Virus record (IMG/VR): IMGVR_UViG_3300045988_135095
Strand: one strand, 5' to 3'
Length of the DNA: 64,000 nucleotides
DNA from: a virus
The notes beneath the pieces were generated by a model. The model saw only the letters and a list, made by a program, of their open reading frames with translations, made no database searches and had not been told where the DNA came from. Position 1 is the stretch's first letter, and the number at the start of each line of letters is the position of its first letter. The position numbers were made by a program, and so were the translations under genes. Below, in pieces: positions 52,148-59,860 of the stretch.

Positions 52148-52437
52148 ATTCCCTGGTCAACACCTCCTCTGTTATAATAGCGGCTACACTTAAAGCCAAG
52201 GCTGGTCAGCCAATCCGTAATAGCTGGATGGAGTTTGTATGGAGCATAACAGTCTCTCCACCAATCCTTGCTATCTGGGTCTGGAATTTTCCAATCATAT
52301 GAAAAGTGTGCTGCGCCACCGATTAAAGCGTGATCATATCGCATCAAGTACTTCTTGATATAAGCAAGAAGCTTTTCCTTGTTTTCCTCTGTGAGTTGAG
52401 AAACTCTAGCTGCTCTGATTTCTTCAATTAACCCCAT
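52132..52437 (-). CDS. hypothetical protein
   Basis: Track ORF. AGGAGG SD upstream. Confidence 0.45.
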   Translation of the reverse strand: MGLIEEIRAARVSQLTEENKEKLLAYIKKYLMRYDHALIGGAAHFSYDWKIPDPDSKDWWRDCYAPYKLHPAITDWLTSLGFKCSRYYNRGGVDQGICVRI

Positions 52438-52450
52438 GACCGTACCTCCT

Positions 52451-52630
52451 TTACATAATGCCCTCCTTCATCAAGAGCTTATACTCTTCCATGCTGTCCC
52501 CAACGTGGCCATACAAGCAACCGTCCTCGACGTTCTTCCAATACTCTTGTTGGGTGGAATATGCCGCCATACTGGCGACTACGACCACGTAGCCCAATGA
52601 TTTAATAAGATTGAAATTTGAATTTCTCAT
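52451..52630 (-). CDS. small hypothetical protein (59 aa)
   Basis: Manual translation MRNSNFNLIKSLGYVVVVASMAAY... A variant AACCAATTAAAA leader lies upstream. Confidence 0.3.
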   Translation of the reverse strand: MRNSNFNLIKSLGYVVVVASMAAYSTQQEYWKNVEDGCLYGHVGDSMEEYKLLMKEGIM

Positions 52631-52661
52631 AATTATTCCCTTTCTATGAATTTTAATTGGT

Positions 52662-53057
52662 TTATATTTTACTAATCTGAAGCGACATTCTGGTTAAAAT
52701 CATCTTGTCGATTTCTTCGAGGCAACTGTGCTCATCGAGCGTCCTCAAATCATCTATTGAATCGAGATATTCTTTCACGGTCTCGAAAGAACAATAGCTG
52801 CTCCCGTACTTACGGAAGTACTCTTCCTCTATGAATCTGACCAGCATATACTGCTTGCGAAGCATGTCGAAATATGGATTATCTCTGTAATTGCCCAAAT
52901 TGTGGTCTGGTCTAAGATTTTCCTCAATCTCTCCAAAAGCCCTGAAAACTTTATCCGTCGAAAGGCATACGACCGCACACTCTCTGAAATGTTTCTGCAA
53001 CTGTTCCTTTTTAGAGGAGGTCAAACTGCTAGTTTCAATATATCCTAACTTCTTCAT
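52662..53057 (-). CDS. hypothetical protein, first gene behind cassette C
   Basis: Track ORF with ATG start and the conserved leader. Confidence 0.45.
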   Translation of the reverse strand: MKKLGYIETSSLTSSKKEQLQKHFRECAVVCLSTDKVFRAFGEIEENLRPDHNLGNYRDNPYFDMLRKQYMLVRFIEEEYFRKYGSSYCSFETVKEYLDSIDDLRTLDEHSCLEEIDKMILTRMSLQISKI

Positions 53058-53199
53058 AATCTTTATAAATTTAATTGGTTCAACTTGTAAGATAGGCTCT
53101 GAATAGTCAAAAGTACTACCTTTTATCTATATGCAAAGGTACTAAAATTTTCTGATATATGCAAATTTACCAACGATTATTTTAGTTAAAAATACTAAA
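53058..53199 (-). repeat. 142-bp promoter/leader cassette, copy C
   Basis: Aligns end to end with copies A and B. Confidence 0.8.
53134..53165 (-). promoter_or_regulatory. promoter TTTG-N20-TACCTTTG (cassette C)
   Basis: Core spacing matches cassettes A and B. Confidence 0.6.
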
Positions 53200-53226
53200 T
53201 CATAGTACTTTATAACTATCTGATTA

Positions 53227-54630
53227 TCAGAATGGTGCATCTGCTTCTTCTGGTTTTTCGAAAGGCACCTGTACATCTTCGTTGATTAAATTCGTCTTGA
53301 AAAAATTTGTCGTATTTTTGTTGAATCCCATAAAAAATTTGAATGTTCCGATATTACGTCCCTTGGCAACGTCTATCATAGCCGTTCCGTCAGTAGGATA
53401 ATCGTCCTTGTTATCAAATGGGGCAGGGTACGCTCTGTTGTAATACTCTGCTCGATATACTAGTATGACAACATCGGCAGCTTCTCCTATCTGTCCACTA
53501 TCGCGCAGTCGGTTCAGATTCGGCTCCGGGCAGTTACTATCTCTAGACAACTGACTTAGGGCGATGATCCATATGTTCAGTTCCTTTGCGAGGTTCTTGA
53601 ATCTTCGTGCGGCATCACCCATAGCCTGCTCCCTGCTGAAACTCGTACTCCTGGAGTTTACGTTAAGAATCTGCAAGTAATCAACTACGGCTCCGTCTAT
53701 GTCCTTCTGCATCTTAAGCATTCGGATGGAAAGAAGGATAGAATCTATATTTGACGTGCTCTTGTCATCAAAGAATAAATTCTCTCCGGGTAACTTGCCT
53801 CTAGCATCATCAATCATCCTTATCTCGCTTGGCGCCAGACTGCCCGAATAGAGGATATTGTTGGCCGGGATGTTCGTCTTGGCAGAAAGCAGACGTGCCG
53901 TAAGCTGCTCCTTCGTCATTTCCATAGAGTAGAAAGCAACCTTTGCTCCGTTCTCGATGGCGTGTCTTGTCATGCAAAGTGCGAGGCTCGTCTTTCCCTG
54001 AGAAGTTTCGCCGGCAACGATAATCAAGTCAGACTTCTGCAGACCTCCCTTTTCATCGAATCTCTCCATACCGGTCTTGGTTCCTGTCGTGACACCTCCA
54101 ACGGTGGCATTCTTAACCATTATCTCGTTTAGACTATTCATTGCATCATCGAGCGTGAACACTCCATCTGCTTTCTCAAATACTCCTCCGATACTCTCTA
54201 TAGCCTCTTGGTGGGCGTCTGCGGTCAGAATCTCTTCCGATAATCCAACCTTGGAAAGCTGCTGCCCGACAACCCAGAGTTTTCTTCTTCTACCAAGGTC
54301 CTGCAATCTGATGGCATGATATTCTACATGTGCAGATGATGCAATCTGTGCCGAAATGTTCATCAAGTCCAATGCTGTTACATTCGACTTCTGCTTACTG
54401 AGCTCGGCAGAAACTGATATGACATCTATCGGCATACCTTGCTTTCCCATATTATCAACAGCCTTCCATATATCCCTACACATGGGATCGTAAAAACAGT
54501 CTTCATCTAGATACTGGCTTACTAGAGTGTATGCGGTAGGATCAACAAGAAGACTTCCGATAACATACTGCTCAGCCTTTGGGTCATTCACTAATGGCTG
54601 ATTCTGATATGGTGATTGTTCTAAACTCAT
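53227..54630 (-). CDS. dnaB: replicative DNA helicase DnaB
   Basis: 467 aa with N-terminal AEQYVIGSLL and Walker A AGETSQGKTSLAL. RecA-like C-domain. Confidence 0.9.
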   Translation of the reverse strand: MSLEQSPYQNQPLVNDPKAEQYVIGSLLVDPTAYTLVSQYLDEDCFYDPMCRDIWKAVDNMGKQGMPIDVISVSAELSKQKSNVTALDLMNISAQIASSAHVEYHAIRLQDLGRRRKLWVVGQQLSKVGLSEEILTADAHQEAIESIGGVFEKADGVFTLDDAMNSLNEIMVKNATVGGVTTGTKTGMERFDEKGGLQKSDLIIVAGETSQGKTSLALCMTRHAIENGAKVAFYSMEMTKEQLTARLLSAKTNIPANNILYSGSLAPSEIRMIDDARGKLPGENLFFDDKSTSNIDSILLSIRMLKMQKDIDGAVVDYLQILNVNSRSTSFSREQAMGDAARRFKNLAKELNIWIIALSQLSRDSNCPEPNLNRLRDSGQIGEAADVVILVYRAEYYNRAYPAPFDNKDDYPTDGTAMIDVAKGRNIGTFKFFMGFNKNTTNFFKTNLINEDVQVPFEKPEEADAPF

Positions 54631-55289
54631 CTGAACGATACCTCCTCAAAACTTAAAATATCAAACATTTCGTGCATTCTATCTACAATTCTTGGGTCAT
54701 CGTACTTCTGTCCGATGTCAATGGCCGTTAGGTTTGAACTGATAATCGTGGGCAGCATCTGCTCATAGCGATAGTCCAACAACTCGTCAAACGGCTTGTA
54801 GTGCATTCCGTAAGTGACTATCTCCGTTGGCTCAGCACCCAAATCGTCAATCAAGAGAAACTTAGTGTTCATGATTGCTCTGAACTCGTTTATGTCTTCG
54901 TGAATCATGTAAGCCATATCTCTAGCCTTGACGAATCGCGGATATTTGTCACCCTCGCAATAGCTAATCTTGTTTGAGTCCACAAGATGAACTAGCAAAT
55001 CTCGAATAGCCTTTAGCATTGTAGTCTTGCCGTTTCCAATACTGCCGGGCATAAACAGCCCGTAAAAGTTTGTCTCTGTAGTAAGAAAATCCCCGACTTT
55101 CGATATTGCTTCCTTTAGCTCGTCAGTGAAGACGAACGTTCTTTTTCTTTTCTCTACCTCTCGTTTGTAGGCATAGTAAAGAAAGTTCTTGACTTCTCTA
55201 TTTTCCAACGGCAACTCCAAACCCCGACCTATACGCTGATGTGTCTTTGTGGTCTGGAGCTTTCCATCCTGTCTTTGTGTTGTTTCCAT
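54627..55289 (-). CDS. DnaC/IstB-like helicase loader ATPase
   Basis: 220 aa with Walker A PGSIGNGKTT and Walker B LLIDDLG. ATGA overlap with dnaB. Confidence 0.75.
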   Translation of the reverse strand: METTQRQDGKLQTTKTHQRIGRGLELPLENREVKNFLYYAYKREVEKRKRTFVFTDELKEAISKVGDFLTTETNFYGLFMPGSIGNGKTTMLKAIRDLLVHLVDSNKISYCEGDKYPRFVKARDMAYMIHEDINEFRAIMNTKFLLIDDLGAEPTEIVTYGMHYKPFDELLDYRYEQMLPTIISSNLTAIDIGQKYDDPRIVDRMHEMFDILSFEEVSFR

Positions 55290-56223
55290 TGTCTGTTACG
55301 TTTTGTCTATGATTTTTCATTTCTGATACTATCTCGTTGTATTGAGAATCAATTTTGTTAACCGAAAAATTGTTCATTATCCAAGTCTTGTCGATACGAC
55401 GCAGAAACTCTTCCAATGCCTTAAGCAAGCTCTCGTCATCTATCGGAAGCGGCACTGTTTTGTGACTTCTAGCAAAAGAAATCTTCTTTAGGATAGAGTT
55501 CATAGCCTTTGCATCCTTGGGTTGCCAATAATAGGCAGAGTCATAGAGTTCTTGGTAATACTTCTCGAATATTTGCCGTCCCTTGTGGCAGATGGTAAAC
55601 TCTTTCGGTTTCGATTTCCTCGTGCGTGCGCTAGAAGGAGAAGATAATTTTATATTATCTTCCCGTTCCGTAGGAACGGAATATATATTCTTTGAAGGGT
55701 TTGGGGAACTTTCTTTGGACTCTGGCATTTGCTTAGCATTTGCTAGAGATTCGCTAGCATTTGCTAGAATATCTGTAGCATTTGCCAGAGAATTTGTAGC
55801 ATTTGCTAGAGAATTTGTAGCATTTGCTAGAGATTCGCTAGCATTTGCTTGGCATTTGCTAGAAGATTCCTTAGCATTTGCTACGAAATTTCTAGCCTTT
55901 GCTGCACCACCTGCACGACCGGCTCTAGCTCTAGCTTCGCTGACTTTTCTTGCCTGCTCGATGGTGTCTGAAAGTTCCTTAGAATAGAAATATTCTTCCT
56001 CAACCTCGAATAAATCAAAATCCTCAACTACAGATTGCACCACGGAAACATCAACACGCATCTCATAAGCTATCATAGAATAATCCTTTGACAGCTTATG
56101 ATCCTCGTCTTCCTCCAATATTTGCATAAGAGCAACGTAGATGCCGTAGGCAGCTATGCCGTGCTTCACCCTTGCTCTCATTACTTCTGGAGAATCACTA
56201 TTTCTGATGCAATTATATTTCAT
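55198..56223 (-). CDS. replication initiator (DnaD/DUF4373-like N-domain) containing heptad repeats
   Basis: 341 aa. N-terminal domain ...GIAAYGIYVALMQIL..., then the repeat LANATNSLANATNSLANATDILANASESLANA. Lies upstream of the loader and helicase genes. Confidence 0.55.
   Translation of the reverse strand: MKYNCIRNSDSPEVMRARVKHGIAAYGIYVALMQILEEDEDHKLSKDYSMIAYEMRVDVSVVQSVVEDFDLFEVEEEYFYSKELSDTIEQARKVSEARARAGRAGGAAKARNFVANAKESSSKCQANASESLANATNSLANATNSLANATDILANASESLANAKQMPESKESSPNPSKNIYSVPTEREDNIKLSSPSSARTRKSKPKEFTICHKGRQIFEKYYQELYDSAYYWQPKDAKAMNSILKKISFARSHKTVPLPIDDESLLKALEEFLRRIDKTWIMNNFSVNKIDSQYNEIVSEMKNHRQNVTDNGNNTKTGWKAPDHKDTSAYRSGFGVAVGK
55725..55901. repeat. iteron-like array: 10 copies of GCATTTGC at 21-bp (and 11-bp) phasing
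   Basis: Copies start at 55725, 55736, 55757, 55778, 55799, 55820, 55841, 55852, 55874 and (GCCTTTGC) 55894. Flanking AT-rich palindromes lie at about 55642..55690. Confidence 0.55.
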
Positions 56224-56227
56224 AATC

Positions 56228-56515
56228 TTATTGGTTCAAGTCCTCGTTCTTAATGAAGCATATCTTACCTCGCTTTATACTATTTGCCAGGGAGTCAACT
56301 TCTGTCTGCAACTTACTGTAAACAGCACTTTGCTGCTTAGAGATAAAATTGTGGATAGAAGGGCTAATCTTTAAAGCGATAAAAGCCATCCCCTCTAAAA
56401 TTTTAAACTCACGATACAACACACCTGCCGACTTGAACTGTTTGTCCAAGCCTACCAAGAACGTTCTGTAGTCCTTGATTCCTTCAAAATCTCTAAGAAA
56501 TTCTGTCTCTTCCAT
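56228..56515 (-). CDS. hypothetical protein
   Basis: ATG at 56515 (MEETEFLRDF). The track start at 56590 is a TTG inside the promoter. Confidence 0.4.
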   Translation of the reverse strand: MEETEFLRDFEGIKDYRTFLVGLDKQFKSAGVLYREFKILEGMAFIALKISPSIHNFISKQQSAVYSKLQTEVDSLANSIKRGKICFIKNEDLNQ

Positions 56516-56559
56516 ATTGTGTAATATTTTATTTATAACTATATTGTTTCTCCTTAATG

Positions 56560-56591
56560 CAAAATTACGAATTTTATCTGATATATGCAAA
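56560..56591 (-). promoter_or_regulatory. promoter TTTG-N20-TAATTTTG of the replication operon
   Basis: Minus strand reads CTTTTGCATATATCAGATAAAATTCGTAATTTTG. Confidence 0.55.
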
Positions 56592-56639
56592 AGAATTAAC
56601 TTAAATATTCAAAAATACCGAAATATATTTAGATATATA

Positions 56640-56671
56640 TTTGGCTATCTCAATTTTTTTTAGTACTTTTG
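56640..56671 (+). promoter_or_regulatory. plus-strand promoter TTTG-N20-TACTTTTG
   Basis: Exact canonical spacing. Divergent from the replication-operon promoter. Confidence 0.45.
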
Positions 56672-56677
56672 CAGTAA

Positions 56678-56752
56678 GTTTTTTCCATTATATTCTGTAA
56701 AAGAATATTGTATGGGTTTCTCTTTAGCCTGCTGGCGAGCAGGCTTTTTTTA
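56678..56752 (+). ncRNA. candidate ~75-nt plus-strand RNA ending in an intrinsic terminator
   Basis: Terminator AGCCTGCT-ggcg-AGCAGGCT (56726..56745) plus TTTTTTT. The only ORF (56712..56912) reads through the terminator. Confidence 0.4.
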
Positions 56753-56762
56753 TTGGGATTTA

Positions 56763-56794
56763 TTTGGCAATTTGAAAATAATTCATTACCTTTG
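56763..56794 (+). promoter_or_regulatory. second plus-strand promoter TTTG-N20-TACCTTTG
   Basis: Exact canonical spacing. Confidence 0.45.
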
Positions 56795-56800
56795 CAAACA

Positions 56801-56884
56801 AATCCCTTTAAAGTATAATCTTTATAGGATTTTAATTGGTTCAAGTCCTCGGTGTTGTGAAACACTGGGGACTTATACTTTTTA
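56801..56884 (+). ncRNA. candidate ~85-nt plus-strand RNA antisense to the conserved operon-leader motif
   Basis: No ATG. Contains TATAATCTTTATAGGATTTTAATTGGTTCAAGTCCTCGG. 13-bp stem (56844..56873, GTGA loop) followed by TATACTTTTTA. Confidence 0.4.
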
Positions 56885-57373
56885 CAGATTAACGGTGATA
56901 CCTTTCTCATAACTCAGTCTCTTTACTTCATTAGTATAATACTTAATCATTTTCTCCAACTCATCGTCATCCCATTTCTTGATGGAGTGAGCACGCTCTC
57001 GCAGGGTGGAAAATCGGGAAACACCAATCTTCTTTATCAGATTCTCCTGGTAGTATATAAGATGGTCTGACTTCACTCTGTTGCACCCGATACATTCTGC
57101 ATTGCAGTTATCTTCATCAAATCGGGTGGCCATGTTGGAACGTCCGAAGAAATGACCGCAATCAAGCTCTCTGTACGGCTTTATCTTTCCGCAGCTGATA
57201 CATTGTCCCATGCCGCTTGGCATGCAGTCTCTCAGACGTATATACAATGCAAACACCTTGTCTAGTCTCTTGACCAAATCAGGCTTACTCTTCTTTCTCT
57301 TTTTGGGAGCAGAAGGAGATTTCTTCTTTTTCTTATAAAATGGAAACATTTCTTTTGAATTTACATGTAACAT
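56882..57373 (-). CDS. NinG/Rap-like recombination protein
   Basis: 163 aa. CISCGK...DCGHFFGRS...CIGCN resembles lambda NinG (from memory). Confidence 0.6.
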   Translation of the reverse strand: MLHVNSKEMFPFYKKKKKSPSAPKKRKKSKPDLVKRLDKVFALYIRLRDCMPSGMGQCISCGKIKPYRELDCGHFFGRSNMATRFDEDNCNAECIGCNRVKSDHLIYYQENLIKKIGVSRFSTLRERAHSIKKWDDDELEKMIKYYTNEVKRLSYEKGITVNL

Positions 57374-57545
57374 ATTTGTCCGTCATGTTCGCAAAATCAA
57401 CACATAAACGGCAAGCTAAACTTCCTACATAAATTGGTTCTTGTGTAAATACTCCCTTTCTGCAATGCGGACAGAGAGTTAAATACTCAGTTCCTAATGC
57501 GGAATCTCTTTGCTTATATTCAATAAGCTCATTTAGAACGCTCAT
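57333..57545 (-). CDS. small zinc-ribbon protein
   Basis: 70 aa with CPHCRKG...CRLC. Confidence 0.35.
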   Translation of the reverse strand: MSVLNELIEYKQRDSALGTEYLTLCPHCRKGVFTQEPIYVGSLACRLCVDFANMTDKYVTCKFKRNVSIL

Positions 57546-58717
57546 CTTAGTACGACATTAGTTAATTGTGTTCCTCTGGAATACACCGCCCATTTCGTGG
57601 TTCCTGGAGGTCTGCTAATAAAGAGGTCTGCGACATTTCCGAATCGGCTATAGTTTCCCGACAAGTCAACTATCCACCCGTCCTTTCCTTCAAAAGGTCT
57701 GATAGCTCGGCCTACCATCTGATAGTAGAGCCCGAGAGATTTCGTCGGGCGTGCCAAAACAACGGTGTCTAGGGCAGGGTAGTCGAATCCCGTAGTCAGC
57801 ACACCTACGTTGGCAACAACCTTTATTTCTCTCCTCTTGAATCCTTCGAGAATGGCTTCACGCTCCTTTTTTGGTGTCTCTCCTGTCACGATGGCGGCAT
57901 TGACTCCGAGTGATTGAAGCTTATCAACCAACTGCCTAGCCTCCTTTGTGAAAGCGGTAAATACAAGTACCCCCTTTCTGGGAATGCCGCTTTTAGGCTG
58001 CAGGACCTTGACTACTGTATTTGATAGCTTATCATAGAATCCGCAACGCTCGTACTCTGCGAGGAGACTTCTTTCATCATAATCTGCACCGGTGGAATTG
58101 CTTCTGACTCTCCTTAAATCCAATTCTGTCAAATCATAATAATGCAAGTCTGCAAGATAACCTTTGGAAAGCAGCTCTCCAATCTGGCAACAATAGATGA
58201 CCTTTGAAAATATTCTAGGTCTTACTCTCGTGAGGAACTTCAATATGGAACCTCCTTCGGCACGATCAAGGCGGTATGGTGTGGCTGTTAATCCAACAAC
58301 CTGTCTGTTCTTCGCTTCTATGAACTGCTTGTATTGCCCTGACTTCGAGTTTACATAATGACATTCGTCAATTATGATGTTCTTGAAACAATCGAAGTCT
58401 GACATATGGTTCATCACGCTCCCGATGGTGGCAAAGGTTATTCTGTTTATATCCTTACATCCTACAGAAGCACTATAGCAACCACAATCGAAGATACCAT
58501 AGCTTTGCAGCTTGGCAAAGTTCTGCTGAAGAATTTCCTTACTGGGCTGAAAGACTAACAGCGGTCCTTCCAGGCGAGAGGCAATATCTGCTATCACCAA
58601 GCTCTTTCCTGCACCCGTAGGAAGGATAACCAATCCGTTCTTGTCAGCCTTGCTAGTGAACAGCCTTACGGCTGCATCACTAGCTTGCTTTTGATAATTT
58701 CTAAGAGTGTACTTCAT
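57542..58717 (-). CDS. SF2 DEAD/DEAH-box helicase
   Basis: 391 aa with motifs PTGAGKS, IIDECH, TATP and QMVGRAIR. Confidence 0.85.
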   Translation of the reverse strand: MKYTLRNYQKQASDAAVRLFTSKADKNGLVILPTGAGKSLVIADIASRLEGPLLVFQPSKEILQQNFAKLQSYGIFDCGCYSASVGCKDINRITFATIGSVMNHMSDFDCFKNIIIDECHYVNSKSGQYKQFIEAKNRQVVGLTATPYRLDRAEGGSILKFLTRVRPRIFSKVIYCCQIGELLSKGYLADLHYYDLTELDLRRVRSNSTGADYDERSLLAEYERCGFYDKLSNTVVKVLQPKSGIPRKGVLVFTAFTKEARQLVDKLQSLGVNAAIVTGETPKKEREAILEGFKRREIKVVANVGVLTTGFDYPALDTVVLARPTKSLGLYYQMVGRAIRPFEGKDGWIVDLSGNYSRFGNVADLFISRPPGTTKWAVYSRGTQLTNVVLR

Positions 58718-59400
58718 TACTCGCCGAATGGTAATTCATCATCGTCATCATCTGAAGACTGCTCTGGCTGAGCTTCTTCTTTTGGCTGCTCCTCTTCTGG
58801 GAACTCCAATCCGAAGACCTCTTTCATGCTCTCACGATTCTTGACCTCATTTGCCCAAATCTCAGAACGGTCCGGGATAGCATAAGCCTTTGCAAGTAAG
58901 AACTTCTCGGTATTTGCATCCCAATTATATACGAGATAGTAACCTGCCAATGCAATACAGAACACGTTCTTCGACTTAAGACGCATATCAACAGTTCCCT
59001 GGCGCACCTCAGCGGCGTACTTGGCTACTTCCATAAGGACAGAAGCATAAGCCTCTTCTGCATCCTTCTTCATCTTCTTGGCTTTTTCCAAAGCCTCCTC
59101 CAACTCCAGCTTGCGAGCTGGCACCACGTTCTCTTCGAGTGTGCAATACTCCTCTCTGATGTTCTTCTTCTCGAACTCATCGAGGAAACGTGTAACCAAC
59201 TCATTGTCAGGGAAGGTCGCCGTGAAGTGCTTTCCGACAAACTTAAGGATGTCTGCCTTATTCTTCAAAGGCTTCTCTCCGCAAAGGTTCTCCTCGGTCA
59301 AAGCAAGGAAGTCCAACTCCATTGGGAACATGTCTTTTACACCTTCCTCCAATACAAACTCAATGTTCTCAGGAACATAATTTTTCAAATCTGATTTCAT
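58717..59400 (-). CDS. hypothetical protein with SSB-like acidic C-terminal tip
   Basis: 227 aa. Ends with SSDDDDDELPFGE. Confidence 0.45.
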   Translation of the reverse strand: MKSDLKNYVPENIEFVLEEGVKDMFPMELDFLALTEENLCGEKPLKNKADILKFVGKHFTATFPDNELVTRFLDEFEKKNIREEYCTLEENVVPARKLELEEALEKAKKMKKDAEEAYASVLMEVAKYAAEVRQGTVDMRLKSKNVFCIALAGYYLVYNWDANTEKFLLAKAYAIPDRSEIWANEVKNRESMKEVFGLEFPEEEQPKEEAQPEQSSDDDDDELPFGE

Positions 59401-59402
59401 AA

Positions 59403-59858
59403 TTATAAATACTTTTCATATAATGCTATCTGTTTCTGAGCTTCAAGCAAGGCTGCTTCTTCATTAGGCTCGGGTATATACAACCCTGCAACCATACTTG
59501 AATAGTTCCGAAACTTCTCAATAGCGTCTGTTAATTCTTTTGTGTCAAGGTCAGCCGTGCTTCTCCAATAAGTTACAGGCTGTCCTCTTCTGTTTGTTCT
59601 CTGCTTCGCAAAGATTTCTCTGTTCACTATCTGCTTGAAAATGTTATACTTCACATATTCTTCATCGTAGCCGAACTCTGATGCGAAATACTGAAGGCAC
59701 ACATGCAGATAGCTGTTTTGGGCGAGGGAACGTGGACGGTGCTTTTTCTTCACCTCCACGATAAAACCCTTTCCGCTTTTCAGGGCATCCATGTAAAGGC
59801 CATTGCAATAGTCCTTGTAGTCTGCCCTGTCCTTGTCATTGTTGAGATTGAAAATCAT
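59403..59858 (-). CDS. NinB/Orf-like recombination mediator
   Basis: RSLAQNSYLHVCLQYF parallels lambda Orf RSLDQNRKLWACLGDV (from memory). Confidence 0.55.
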   Translation of the reverse strand: MIFNLNNDKDRADYKDYCNGLYMDALKSGKGFIVEVKKKHRPRSLAQNSYLHVCLQYFASEFGYDEEYVKYNIFKQIVNREIFAKQRTNRRGQPVTYWRSTADLDTKELTDAIEKFRNYSSMVAGLYIPEPNEEAALLEAQKQIALYEKYL

Positions 59859-59860
59859 AA

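Noticed and set aside
55725-55901. Possible CRISPR array suggested by regularly spaced repeats
   Set aside because: The repeat unit is only 8 bp with 13-bp gaps that are themselves repetitive. It lies in frame inside a long ORF (heptad repeat), and there are no cas genes. It is interpreted as iterons or a coding repeat.
56678-56700. 11-nt match (TTTTCCATTAT) between the first plus-strand RNA candidate and the cro-like start region (62760..62770)
   Set aside because: A match of this length is expected by chance in 64 kb of AT-rich sequence, so it is not used as evidence for a target.
56650-56912. Track ORFs 56650..56910 (-) and 56712..56912 (+)
   Set aside because: The minus ORF is a translation of a decayed copy of the leader cassette (ATG changed to ATA, EDLNQ string repeated from 56228..56245). 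The plus ORF reads straight through a strong intrinsic terminator. The region is better explained by the two promoter-terminator RNA units.
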